From positions 1,088,001 through 1,152,000 of the forward strand of contig OZ250165.1 in the NCBI GenBank assembly GCA_965238005.1: a DNA stretch of 64,000 bases, read 5' to 3'. The position numbers and the translations under genes were made by a program. The notes below the pieces were generated by a model that saw nothing but the letters and a program-made list of their open reading frames with translations, was not told the DNA's origin and ran no database searches. Within the stretch, counting starts at the first letter, position 1. The number at the start of each line of letters is the position of its first letter. This document shows positions 21,083-30,798 of the stretch, one piece after another. The stretch comes from Longimicrobiales bacterium (GTDB lineage Bacteria > Gemmatimonadota > Gemmatimonadetes > Longimicrobiales > Gaopeijiaceae).

Positions 21083-21726
21083 AGGCGCTTCGTGTCCCAT
21101 CTCCCGTCCACTCTCTCGAAGACGAGCCGGGCGTGGAGGCGATTGAGTCGTCCCTGCCAGAACTCGATGCGCTCGGGCACGACCCGGTACCCTCCCCAGA
21201 ACTCCGGGAGCGGGACGTCCTGGTCCTCGAAGCGCTCCTCGATCTCCGATACCCGCTGCTCCAGCTCGGACGGGTCGTCCAGGGTGTCACTTTGCCGGGA
21301 CGCCCACGCCCCGATCTGGCTACCCCGGCTCCGGGTCCGGAAGTAGGCCTTGGACTCCTCTTGGCCGATCCGCTCCACCCTACCCTCCACCCTCACCTGT
21401 CGTTGGAGGACGGCCCAGTACAGCATGAGGGAGGCCCGGGGATTCGCGTCCAACTCCCGCGCCTTGCGGCTTCCGTAGTTGGTGTAGAAAACGAAACCCT
21501 CGGCGCTGAACGCTTTCAGCAGAACCATCCGCGAGGAGGGTACTCCCTCCGGAGTGGCCGTGGCCAAACAGGCCGACTCGGAAAGCATGATCCCGGACTC
21601 CCTCGCCTCTTCAAACCATTCGCCGAACAACTCGATGGGGTCTCGGTCGGCCGTCGACTCCGGAAGGCCCCGGGTGACGCCTTTCCCCAGGGTTATGACG
21701 GACTTCAGCGTGGACTTGATGGACAT
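21073..21726 (-). CDS. pdxH: Pyridoxamine 5'-phosphate oxidase
   Basis: PSSRMVLLK, FYTNYGSRK, RQVRVEG, SQIGAWASRQS, WGGY, EFWQGR, RLYP. Confidence 0.95.
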   Translation of the reverse strand: MSIKSTLKSVITLGKGVTRGLPESTADRDPIELFGEWFEEARESGIMLSESACLATATPEGVPSSRMVLLKAFSAEGFVFYTNYGSRKARELDANPRASLMLYWAVLQRQVRVEGRVERIGQEESKAYFRTRSRGSQIGAWASRQSDTLDDPSELEQRVSEIEERFEDQDVPLPEFWGGYRVVPERIEFWQGRLNRLHARLVFERVDGRWDTKRLYP

Positions 21727-21785
21727 GGAACCAACGCTAGCGGGGAGGGCGATGGTACGGTAGTGGGGCTTGGAACTGCGGTTCC

Positions 21786-22376
21786 CTAGAGGCCAAGCAG
21801 GGCCTCGCCCAACGTCAGCGCTTGGGCGATCGCCTCTGAACCCTTCACCTCCGCGAACGGGATGGGTTGAGGCGGAGGGCTTTCGGGCTTCCGGAGGCCG
21901 AGCTGCCACCACCCCACGTCGTGCCATCCGTCCAGCTTGTAGCCCACTTGCTCGTAGACGCCGACCCTCTCGAATCCCAGGGACTCGTGCAGGGCTACGC
22001 TCGCCTGGCTGGGAAGGGCGACCCCAGCGAACGCGTTCACGAAGCCCTGGATGCGGAGGATCTCGAAGAGGGAGGTGTAGAGTCCTGTCGCGACTCCCCG
22101 GCGTCGAGCGTCGGCGTGGACGTAGGCCGAGACTTCCACGGACCACTGATACGCCAGCCGCTCTCTGAAGGCGGTGGCGTAGGCGTATCCGGAGACGCGT
22201 CCGTCCCGGTCGCAAACCAGCCAGGGGTAGCGGTCGAGCGTCTTCCGGATTCTACCGGCCATCTCCGCCGGCGAGGGTGGGGCCTCCTCGAAGGAGATCG
22301 GAGTGTCCACGACCACGGGCGTGTAGATCTCGAGGATCTGGCTGGCATCCGTCTCGGCGGCGAATCGAATCCTCAC
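21786..22376 (-). CDS. Phosphinothricin/arsinothricin N-acetyltransferase-like GNAT (ArsN1/Pat family)
   Basis: ISFEE, GYAYA..RERLAYQWSVEVSAYV, ASVALHESLGF, VGYKLDGWHDVGWW. Confidence 0.85.
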   Translation of the reverse strand: MRIRFAAETDASQILEIYTPVVVDTPISFEEAPPSPAEMAGRIRKTLDRYPWLVCDRDGRVSGYAYATAFRERLAYQWSVEVSAYVHADARRRGVATGLYTSLFEILRIQGFVNAFAGVALPSQASVALHESLGFERVGVYEQVGYKLDGWHDVGWWQLGLRKPESPPPQPIPFAEVKGSEAIAQALTLGEALLGL

Positions 22377-22387
22377 GGTGTGGCGGG

Positions 22388-23440
22388 CTACGGCTCGTAG
22401 ACCTCCGCCTCCGGGAACGTAAGGGCGAACCCGTACCAGCGAGTGAACACCTGCATGGGCCGCTCCGCCTCCAGCTTGGTGCCGTCCGGAGCGAAGAGCG
22501 CGCCGGCGCGGACGTAGCGTCCATCGCTCAGTCTGAGCAGGACGCCGTCCCAGGTCGCCGTCTCGGCGTCCGTGTAGAGGGACAGGACAGAGTTGGCGGT
22601 CGGCTCGATGTGGACCAGCAGGCGCCGACCGTCCAGCTCGTCGAAGACGAATCGTCCAAGCTCTTCGACCACGGCCATGGGGAAGTACTTCTGGGCACCC
22701 TCCGTCCAGGCCCCGAGGCCGATGTCCATGCTGGGCCTCCGAGGATCTTCGCCGCGCATAGTGGCTCTGAGCCGGTCGGACAGACCTCGAAAGCGCTCGG
22801 TCAGGGGCGCCCAGCGACTCCTGCGCCGAATCGGCCGGTTGGAGAGGGCCACCTCCAGATCGGGGTGGGCCTCCAAAGCTTGGTCCACCGTCCCCTGCAA
22901 GAGGTTGAAGATTGGAATCTGCTGTCCCATCAACGGCCCCTGAAGGGCCAGCCCCGACACGTGGTGCCAGTAGGTTCCACTCTCCCGGTCCCACAGGACG
23001 GAGCCACCGTTGAAGAGGCCGCGATATTCGAAGTGGTGCACCCGACCATCGATCGTGGGCGTCATACTGACCCCTGAGTTACAGGCGGGTCAGAACGAGA
23101 CCATCCACGGCTCGCCGTCGATCTCTCCCTGGGCCGTGTGGTGGTAGGCCATCTGGTCCGTGACCAAAGCCAGACGGCCTTTCGAGTGCTCCATGATGAG
23201 CACGCGCGTCTGCACCTGCAGTAGCCCTTCGTCCAACGCCTCCCGGAGTGGCCGCGTGTCCGTGACATCGAAGCGCACGTAGACGGTGGAGTCGAGAAGC
23301 ATCGCCCGATCGACCTCGAACTCGGCGCTTCCGGCCTCTACGATCTGCTGTGCCGCAAAGGGCAGGGGAACGAGCAGTGGGAACGCCAGAGAGGCTGCGG
23401 TGCAGATCGCCGCGGCATAGCACCAACGTTGGACCTTCAT
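22388..23440 (-). CDS. Secreted DUF3179-family selenoprotein (350 aa, Sec117, U-P-A-C)
   Basis: ORFs 23090-23440 and 22388-23065 are in one frame, joined by a single TGA: AYHH..PWMVSF-U-PACNSG..GLFNG..WDRESGTYW..G.AL.GP..WYGF..FP. Confidence 0.88.
23057..23074 (-). promoter_or_regulatory. Candidate bacterial SECIS hairpin for the UGA at 23092-23090
   Basis: GGG-GUCA-GUA-UGAC-(G)-CCC begins 15 nt 3' of the UGA, with G at the start of the apical loop. Confidence 0.55.
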
Positions 23441-23603
23441 GGCGTTTCCGCCTGTTCGTCGGGAGCGGACAGGACTGCGCTCGGCTCCGTGTGAGCCTGA
23501 TCCACGTTAGCACCGGAGCGACGAGTTGGGAAACCCGGAAGCACCGGCACTCGCACGCGGGTCTGCCAACTCGGGAGGGCCCCCTCGAGTCGACCGGCGC
23601 CCC

Positions 23604-24561
23604 ACAGAGTGGCACCGGTTCCACGTCGTGGATCCGTGCCAAGTCCACCTTCAGCACGCCGTCGTTTGCGTCGCGGTCGAACATGTCGCCGAAGCGGGCG
23701 CCGAACCTCACTTGGTGAACACGATAGGAGGAACGGGCGTGCACGGTCTGGGAGAACGTCTCGCCGAAGCCCGTCAGGAGAACGAGAAACTCGGCCTCGC
23801 ACTGCTCCAGATCCTCGGCCGTCTGTCCCCAGAGCGGGCTGGACTCGCCGATGGGGTGGACGATGGTCCAGGCCAGGGGGAAGATCGCCACCTTCTGCCG
23901 TTCCAGGGGGAGCTCCTGGTAGGTTCGGCTGCGGCCGTCGGGTGTTCGCTTCGAGAGGATGACCCTCGCGGACAGCTCGATGATCTGGTTCTTGCGGCTG
24001 TTCACGATCCTGAACTCGAAGGCGGCACCCCTCGTGATAGGGAGCGATGAGCGCGTTGCGACTGAAGATGATGCGGGCGTTGGGCCGGGCGAAGCGGGCG
24101 AACATGATGCCTGCCGCCAGCCCGAAGGTGAGGAGGCCGGCCAGAGACTCCAGCGTCGCCACTACGTCCGCCGGCCAGACAGCGGGTGTGACGTTGCCGT
24201 ATCCGATGGTGGCAAGGGTGTAGACGCTGAAAAAGAACGCCTCGCCGAAGGAGCCCAGCGCCGACGTGGCCTCGACGCCGTCCAGCGCTCCCGGGCCCAG
24301 GGCGACGTAGATCGCCGCGAACAGGGCGTTCACCAGGATGTACCAGACGCATGCCAGGCCCAGGAATCGGGGCCAGGAGATCTCCAGGAGGAAATGGTAA
24401 ACGGAGAGGGACTCAAGGAACCCGAGCCCTGTGCGCCGGACGTTGAAGGTCCCGTCGCGGTTGAGGAGCCTACGGCGACTTTGCGACGAGACGACGTTTC
24501 CGAAGCCGAGGTCGAGATCGATCTCCGAATTCCGACGGTTAGGCGGCGGTGTCTCAGCCAT
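23604..24561 (-). pseudogene. Inward-rectifier K+ channel (KirBac-like), frameshift near 24030; 3' end approximate
   Basis: DGTFNV, FFFSVYTLATIGYG filter, ARFARP; continues in another frame as FEFRIVNSRKNQ..WTIVHPI..SPL..SQTVHARSSY. Confidence 0.8.
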
Positions 24562-24588
24562 GATCTGACCTCGGTGGCGCTACACGGA

Positions 24589-25602
24589 TCAGGTCCGTGC
24601 CAGGCGTCGTGCCTCTCTGAAGCTGACCAGCGTCCGGGTGTCCTCGTGCCAGAGTGAGAGACGAAGGGTCTTGATCCCGTCCCAGATCGTGATCCTGGTC
24701 ACGTTCTGGAGCTCTGGGACGGCGTCCATGCATTCCTGGAGCTTGTAGTTGGGGATCCGCGCGCTGATGTGGTGAACATGATGGATCCCGATGCTGGCCG
24801 TGACCCACTGAAGCAGCTTTGGAAGCGCCAGGTGGGAGCTTCCCTCGAGTCCCGCTTCGAAGTACGACCACTGCTCGTGCTCGTGCCAGTACGTATCCTC
24901 GTATTGATGTTGTACGTAGAAGAGCCACACCCCGGCGGTGACCGTGAACAGCAGAACCGGGAGATGGACCAGGACGAAGGCCTTCAGCCCGATGGTGAGC
25001 CACATGAAGGTGACGATGCCGGCGAGCGCGGCATTTGTCTGCCAGACGCTGGCCCATGCGCGCCTCCAACGCCTGGGGATGTCCCATGGGTAGCGATGCT
25101 TGACCACGAAGAGGTAGAGCCCGCCGAGCCCCAGGAGGACCACCGGATGCCGGTAGGCCCTGTATCGAAGCCGTCCGAGAAGCGACTTGTCGTAGTACTC
25201 ATTCACGGTGAGCGTGTCGATGTCTCCGAAGCCCCTGAAGTCCAGGTCACCGGAGTGAGCGTGGTGGTAGGCGTGGGTCTTCCGCCAATAGCGGTAGGGT
25301 GTGAGCGTCAGGACTCCGATCCAGAACCCCACCGTGTCCGCCACCTTCTGGGACTTGAAGTACGATCCGTGCCCACAGTCGTGCTGGATGAGGAAGAGCC
25401 GCGTGAGGAACGCTGCCGCCAGCACTGCCAGCGCCAAGGTGAGCCAGTAACTCACCGACAGGGCGCGATACGCGGCGTACCAGCAGAGCAAATACGGTGG
25501 GGCCGAAGTGAGGAGTTGGGTGACGCTACCGCGCAAGTCCGGGCCGTGGTACGGCCCGAGAAGTCGGCGCCAGTGCTCGGCAGTCTCTTGCTCGGTCCTC
25601 AA
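24589..25602 (-). CDS. Membrane fatty acid desaturase
   Basis: His boxes HDCGH, HAYHH, HHVHH and FYVQH; TTG start overlaps the upstream TGA (TTGA). Confidence 0.92.
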   Translation of the reverse strand: MRTEQETAEHWRRLLGPYHGPDLRGSVTQLLTSAPPYLLCWYAAYRALSVSYWLTLALAVLAAAFLTRLFLIQHDCGHGSYFKSQKVADTVGFWIGVLTLTPYRYWRKTHAYHHAHSGDLDFRGFGDIDTLTVNEYYDKSLLGRLRYRAYRHPVVLLGLGGLYLFVVKHRYPWDIPRRWRRAWASVWQTNAALAGIVTFMWLTIGLKAFVLVHLPVLLFTVTAGVWLFYVQHQYEDTYWHEHEQWSYFEAGLEGSSHLALPKLLQWVTASIGIHHVHHISARIPNYKLQECMDAVPELQNVTRITIWDGIKTLRLSLWHEDTRTLVSFREARRLART

Positions 25603-26399
25603 CTGAAGCTGACTCCCAGGGCCGAGGGGAGGGAGGCCACGGAGTCGAGGATCAGGTCCGGCTTCGGAGAGCTCCGGGAGAGATCGTCCTCCTGGAACTT
25701 GCCGGTTCGGACCAGGACCGCCGCCGCGTCGCACGCCTGTGCGCCGGCCACGTCTGTACCGACGTCATCGCCCACGACGGCCATGTTGAAGAGGTCCACG
25801 CCCATGGAGTCCGCCGCCGCCTGGAAGAAGGCCGGGCTGGGTTTTCCCATGACCATGGCTTCCTGTCCCGAGGCGTACTCGAGCGCCGCAACGAAGGCGC
25901 CGGCGTCCAAGGCCAGCCCCTGACCGGTGTCCCAGTAGGGGTTACGCTGGAGAGCCACGAACTCGGCGGCCTCCATGATGTGACGAAACGCCCGGTTGAG
26001 GCGGCCGAAGTCCCACCCGGCGCCCAGATCGCCAACGATGACGGCCTGTGGCGACGTCTCGTCTACCGTGAAGTGGTCGAAGTCGGCGTGCGTGGCTTCG
26101 GGAACGCAGAGAGAGAGGCTCCAGAGGCCCTTTTTCTCCAACCAGGACGCTGCGGCCAGCGGGGCCGTGAGCACCTCTTCCGGATCCAGATCGACGCCCA
26201 GGCGATGCATCCGCTCGACGAGGGAGGCGCGGGACATCCGGGTGGTGTTGGTTCCGAAGCGCATGGGTAGACCACCTCGCCGCAGTGCGGCTATGGCATC
26301 CGCCGCCCCGGGGATGAGGCGGTCGCCGACGAAGATCGTTCCATCCAGGTCGAGGAGAACGCCTTGGATGTCCTCGAGCTGCTCCATGTCCTGTGCCAT
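25599..26399 (-). CDS. HAD-IIA hydrolase (LHPP-like)
   Basis: DLDGT, TNTT, LDAGAF, GKPSPAFF, VGDD..DV.GA, VRTGKF. Confidence 0.9.
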   Translation of the reverse strand: MAQDMEQLEDIQGVLLDLDGTIFVGDRLIPGAADAIAALRRGGLPMRFGTNTTRMSRASLVERMHRLGVDLDPEEVLTAPLAAASWLEKKGLWSLSLCVPEATHADFDHFTVDETSPQAVIVGDLGAGWDFGRLNRAFRHIMEAAEFVALQRNPYWDTGQGLALDAGAFVAALEYASGQEAMVMGKPSPAFFQAAADSMGVDLFNMAVVGDDVGTDVAGAQACDAAAVLVRTGKFQEDDLSRSSPKPDLILDSVASLPSALGVSFS

Positions 26400-26553
26400 C
26401 TATCGACGATCCCCCGTGTGAGTCCCCTGCGTCACGACCGCGGTCCAAAGTAGGCTGCCTGGCAAGGAGGGTCCATGGCGTACTTCCCCCGGGTCGGCTT
26501 GGTTCCTAATGTCTTCGGGACAGTAACCGATCTTCTCGTCCGGGAGGAAGGGC

Positions 26554-27003
26554 ATGTCGATCTGGCGAAGCGCCTTGTCGATTCTGGGCGCGTTCTTCGT
26601 GGTGGTGGTTCTAGTGGGGCTCGCGACCGCTCTCTCCTCGAACCTCATGCTGCGAGGTATGGGTCCCGACGTGGAGATCACGGTGGCGTACCTTGTCGTG
26701 AACCTGACCTACAGCGTGTTGATCGTGGTAATCGGGGGATACATAGCCGCCACCGTCTCGGATCACTCACCCCTGGGACACGCGGCTGGGCTGGCGGGCT
26801 TCATGATGGTCCTCGGCCTCTTTTCGTGGCTGGTGGTCAACCGGGGGGACCCGGCTCCCGGCCAGCCGTCCTGGTACCCCTTCGTCATCGGTGTCCTGGT
26901 TCCTCCAGCCGCGATCCTGGGCGGGATCCTCGTCACCCGTCGCACCCGCACCAAGACACACTTCAGTAGGCGGGCGCGGGAGGCCGCTTCCACGGACTCA
27001 TGA
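26554..27003 (+). CDS. Small four-helix membrane protein
   Basis: Four hydrophobic segments, QPSWYP; purine-rich RBS upstream. Confidence 0.75.
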   Translation: MSIWRSALSILGAFFVVVVLVGLATALSSNLMLRGMGPDVEITVAYLVVNLTYSVLIVVIGGYIAATVSDHSPLGHAAGLAGFMMVLGLFSWLVVNRGDPAPGQPSWYPFVIGVLVPPAAILGGILVTRRTRTKTHFSRRAREAASTDS

Positions 27004-27056
27004 GCCGAGCGTCGAGAAGCTTGTGGGTCGACTCAGCCTGGACCCATCTTGAGCGC

Positions 27057-27245
27057 ATGACCACCGAACGGACCCGCCAGCTCACGGCCATCATGTTCGC
27101 GGACATGGTGGGGTACACCGCCCTCATGCAGGAGAACGAGGAGCGGGCCCACGCCCAGCTTGAGCGGCAACGAGACGTGTTTGCCATCACGAACGAAGGC
27201 CTCAGCGTTCCCACCGAGCCCCAAGTGTGGGCGAGGGCGGCGTGA
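27057..27245 (+). pseudogene. Class III adenylate/guanylate cyclase remnant (internal deletion)
   Basis: RQLTAIMFADMVGYTALMQENE (first strand and helix) is joined directly to a C-terminal-like VFAITNEGLSVP. Confidence 0.7.
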
Positions 27246-29030
27246 ATGGAAAGAGACGCTTCCGCAGTGCAGAAGTTCGTCGCGGAGCTCAAGCGACGCC
27301 GGGTCGTTCGCGTCGTTGTGATCTATGTGGCGGCGATGTTCGCGCTGCTGCAAGCGGCCGATATCATGCTCCCTGCTCTCGGGCTGCCGGGTTCCGTCAT
27401 GCGGCTCATCGTCATCACGACGCTCGTGGGGCTGCCCATCGCGATCGCGGGGTCGTGGCTCTTCGACATCACGTCCGAGGGCATTGTCCGCACAGCTGGG
27501 AGTCAAGGCGAGTCACCGGCTCCAATGCGTCTCCTGAGCGTCGGATCCTCGCTCGTGCTCGCGGGGGTCTTGGCTGCGGGCGCGCTCGGGTGGTTCCTCA
27601 CCGAAGCGACTTCCGTGGCTCCCGCGCCCATTGCGAGTGGCGGCGCGATCCGATCGATCGCCGTTCTGCCCTTCGAAAACGTGGGGAACAATCCAGAGGA
27701 TGCCTACTTCACCGTCGGGCTGTCGGACGAGTTGCGCTCTCGCCTGTCCCGCGTGCCGGAGCTCGACGTTGCCGCTCGAGCATCCTCTCTCGCCGCCATG
27801 ACGGGAGTGGCAGACCACGCAGCCGTAGCCTCCGCTTTGGGCGTACGCAGCGTGCTCGCCGGCACGGTGGCGAAGAGCGACGCCCGTGTTCGGGTCCAGA
27901 CGAGCTTGTTGTCCGCCGATGGAGGGGAGATCTGGAGCGCGGAGTACGAGCGCCTCATCAACGACGTCTTCGCGGTGCAAGACGAAGTGTCGCGCTCGAT
28001 CCTCGACGCACTCGAGCTACGATTCGCCGATGGCGAATTGCCCGTGATCGATGAAGTGCGCACTACCAACCAGATGGCGTACGACAAGTATTTATGGGGC
28101 CTGTTCACGTTGAATCGTGGTACCGAAGCCGGGATCCTGGCAGCGATCTACAACTACCAGATGTCGATTGCACTGGACTCCACATATGCGCCCGCCTGGG
28201 CAGGTGCCGCAGACGCGTACGCGCGGGCCTCTGAGATCCTTCCTGATCGGCAAGCCCGTGACGCCCTCGACGTGGGTGCGAGCACCGCCTTGGAAGCGCT
28301 GAGGGTCGACCCGGAGTCGAGCGGGGCGCACTCGGCGATGGGGCTCTTCCTGTCGAGGTCCTGCGATTGGGCCGGCGCCGACGCGGAGTTCGAGCGAGCA
28401 TCGGCGAGTGGGCCCACGTCATCACTGACCCTCCTGCGCCAGGCCCTCGCATTCGCGGGTGCCGGACAACACGAGCAGGCCGTCGCCACCGTTCGAGCCG
28501 CTGAGCGCGTGGATGGGCTGTCGTCGACCGTGAAGCTCGCCGCCGCCCGAGTATTTGCCGCTTCGGGGCGGCTGGACCAGGCGATCCGCGAGGCTCAGGA
28601 TGGGATCCGGCTGAGCCCGGACGACGAACGCATCTGGACCGAGATCGGGTTCCTGTTCCTCGCAGAGAACCGCTACGGAGATGCGGGGGACGCTCTAGCG
28701 CGCATACCGGAGGTGAGAGGGTTCGATCCGGAGCTGACGGCCACATTCGTGGCCAGTGCCGAGCGCTTCGCCACAACCGGGCAGCCCCAGGAGATCCCCG
28801 CCGGACTGAGCGCGGCGCTGGGCGAGCGATCGGTCGACCTGGGACGGTATCAGTTGGCAGTCGGTCAGTACGACTCGGCCATCGCCACACTGCAGCGGGC
28901 AATCGACCTCCGTGCTTTCGGAGTAGCGACGCTCGTCCGGCTGCCGGACGTGGATGCGATCAGGGCGGACCCCAGGTTCCAGGCGATGCTCGTTGAGATG
29001 CATATAGAGGCGCAGCAACCCAGCAACTAG
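27246..29030 (+). CDS. Membrane-anchored TolB-like/TPR protein
   Basis: ELKRRRVVRV N-terminus with three TM helices, SIAVLPFEN, VAARASS, DVFAVQDEV, TPR helices, IRADPRF. Confidence 0.85.
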   Translation: MERDASAVQKFVAELKRRRVVRVVVIYVAAMFALLQAADIMLPALGLPGSVMRLIVITTLVGLPIAIAGSWLFDITSEGIVRTAGSQGESPAPMRLLSVGSSLVLAGVLAAGALGWFLTEATSVAPAPIASGGAIRSIAVLPFENVGNNPEDAYFTVGLSDELRSRLSRVPELDVAARASSLAAMTGVADHAAVASALGVRSVLAGTVAKSDARVRVQTSLLSADGGEIWSAEYERLINDVFAVQDEVSRSILDALELRFADGELPVIDEVRTTNQMAYDKYLWGLFTLNRGTEAGILAAIYNYQMSIALDSTYAPAWAGAADAYARASEILPDRQARDALDVGASTALEALRVDPESSGAHSAMGLFLSRSCDWAGADAEFERASASGPTSSLTLLRQALAFAGAGQHEQAVATVRAAERVDGLSSTVKLAAARVFAASGRLDQAIREAQDGIRLSPDDERIWTEIGFLFLAENRYGDAGDALARIPEVRGFDPELTATFVASAERFATTGQPQEIPAGLSAALGERSVDLGRYQLAVGQYDSAIATLQRAIDLRAFGVATLVRLPDVDAIRADPRFQAMLVEMHIEAQQPSN

Positions 29031-29058
29031 CTTGTGAGCACCCGCGACTCGGAGAGTA

Positions 29059-30348
29059 CTAGGCTTCTGCTTCCACCAGGTCCTTTGGCCCCCACGCTCG
29101 CTCCTCGTCGTCCACGCCCCTGAGGATGAGGTAGGAGATTGCGATCCAGGCGAGCAGGCTCCCCATCGCGGCCGGCCGGCCGAGGCCCAAGGTCTCCGCC
29201 ACGAACGCGAACATCGCGGGGCCGATGATGGCCCCGAAGCGCCCGACCATGCTGTAGAGTCCATAGAACTCCCCCAGCCTTGTGGGCGGAGCCAGGATGA
29301 GCATGTACGGACGATCGGCCGTCCACGTCCCTCCCAGCGCGACGCCAGCGATGCAGCCAATGGGCCAGAACCACGCCATCGGCAACCCGAGGACGGGCAC
29401 GGCCACCGCTCCCGCCAGGGCCACCGCCCAGAGCGCCAGAACCACGTTGAGCGTGCGCTTCGGACCAATCCGATCCACGACCATCCCCAGGACGAGGCCA
29501 CCCACCACCGCCGAGGTGATCGCCACTAGCAACAGCACCTCCGCTCCCCTCTCGGTGAAGCCGATCTCGTTCACCGTGTAGATGCCGAGGAAGAAAATCA
29601 CCGTGTTGGCGGCGTCGGTGTAGAACACCCACTCTACCAGGAACCGTCCGAGCCCGGGATAGCGCGGCAGATGACCGATCGTGTCCTTCACCTGACGCAG
29701 CGCGCGTCCGATTGCGCCGGGGTCGAGTCGAAGGTTCCCCGGACGCTTGGACTCCCTCACGAAGAGAAAGATGGGAACGGCGAAGAACAGGAAGAGGAGC
29801 GCGGTCAGCCGGAAGACACCCACGTACCCGATCCGGTCCAGAAGCAGTAGCCCGGTGAGCACCCCGATGAACGAGCCCAAGTACCCGATGCCCACCCCGA
29901 AGCCTCCGACGATGCCCCGCGTCTGTGGCGTGCTCACGACCGAGAGCGTCGCATCGTAGAAGATCAGGCTCGCCTGGAAGAAGTAGTTCGCGATCACGAA
30001 GAAGACGAGCGTAATCATCAGGCCGCCCGTGCCCAGTGCCGCCGTGAACCCGACGCAGACGATCGTGCACACCATGAGGAACGGAAGACGACGTCCGGCC
30101 TGGTCCGAGAGGGCCCCAAGAATCGGAGCACTCAGGAAGACCATGACCATCGTAAGACTGACGGCGAAGCCCCAGGTCGCGTCTGTCCCTCCCATGACGT
30201 TGACCACCCACAGGGAGAGATAGAAGGACACGATGTTCATGGAGAAGATTGTGTTGGCCAGATCGTATAGCGCCCAGGACATGACCGGGCGGGTCAGGAC
30301 GGCCTTCCACCCCACCGGAGCCGCCGCCCCTTCGGCTGTGGTACTCAT
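29059..30348 (-). CDS. MFS transporter (UMF1/Atg22-like)
   Basis: WALYDLAN, PILGALSD, FYDATL, GIGYLG, GEFYGLY; about 12 TM helices. Confidence 0.9.
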   Translation of the reverse strand: MSTTAEGAAAPVGWKAVLTRPVMSWALYDLANTIFSMNIVSFYLSLWVVNVMGGTDATWGFAVSLTMVMVFLSAPILGALSDQAGRRLPFLMVCTIVCVGFTAALGTGGLMITLVFFVIANYFFQASLIFYDATLSVVSTPQTRGIVGGFGVGIGYLGSFIGVLTGLLLLDRIGYVGVFRLTALLFLFFAVPIFLFVRESKRPGNLRLDPGAIGRALRQVKDTIGHLPRYPGLGRFLVEWVFYTDAANTVIFFLGIYTVNEIGFTERGAEVLLLVAITSAVVGGLVLGMVVDRIGPKRTLNVVLALWAVALAGAVAVPVLGLPMAWFWPIGCIAGVALGGTWTADRPYMLILAPPTRLGEFYGLYSMVGRFGAIIGPAMFAFVAETLGLGRPAAMGSLLAWIAISYLILRGVDDEERAWGPKDLVEAEA

Positions 30349-30599
30349 CAGTACAGGTACCCGCGTCAGATATACAGCAGCATGCCAGCCTCCTCCGATC
30401 GATTGTCCGGATCATCGTGGGGATCGAATACGTCGTCGATGCTCAGGTCGAACTCCTCCCGATTCCGCATGATGTTGCCGACGTGGATGCCCACTCGCAC
30501 CGGAAAACGCGGGTCCTGGTGCAATCAATGCCCGTCGGACCGCGACCGCGCATCGTGACACATCCACAGATCTCTTCCATCCGCTAGCGTCCCGGTTCC

Positions 30600-30717
30600 G
30601 GACCGTCAGGATCGCCCTGCCCGCGTGCAGGAGAGCGTATCCCGGCCTTGCCCTCAGGGCCCTGATCGCCGCACGCGTCTCCCGCACTCCGCCGTCCACC
30701 CATTCCCATGCTGCCAT
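30600..30717 (-). pseudogene. Possible short remnant of an ABC permease
   Basis: WEWVDGGVRETRAAIRALRARPGY resembles the 'DLRYALRSLRRxPGF' N-terminal motif of MacB-like permeases; very short. Confidence 0.3.
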
Positions 30718-30798
30718 CGGATCCCCTCCTCGCCGGGGCTCAAGCATTCGACAGGGGGCGGCGCCGGAGGGCCGCGGGCTGGCGGGCTTCATGAGCTA

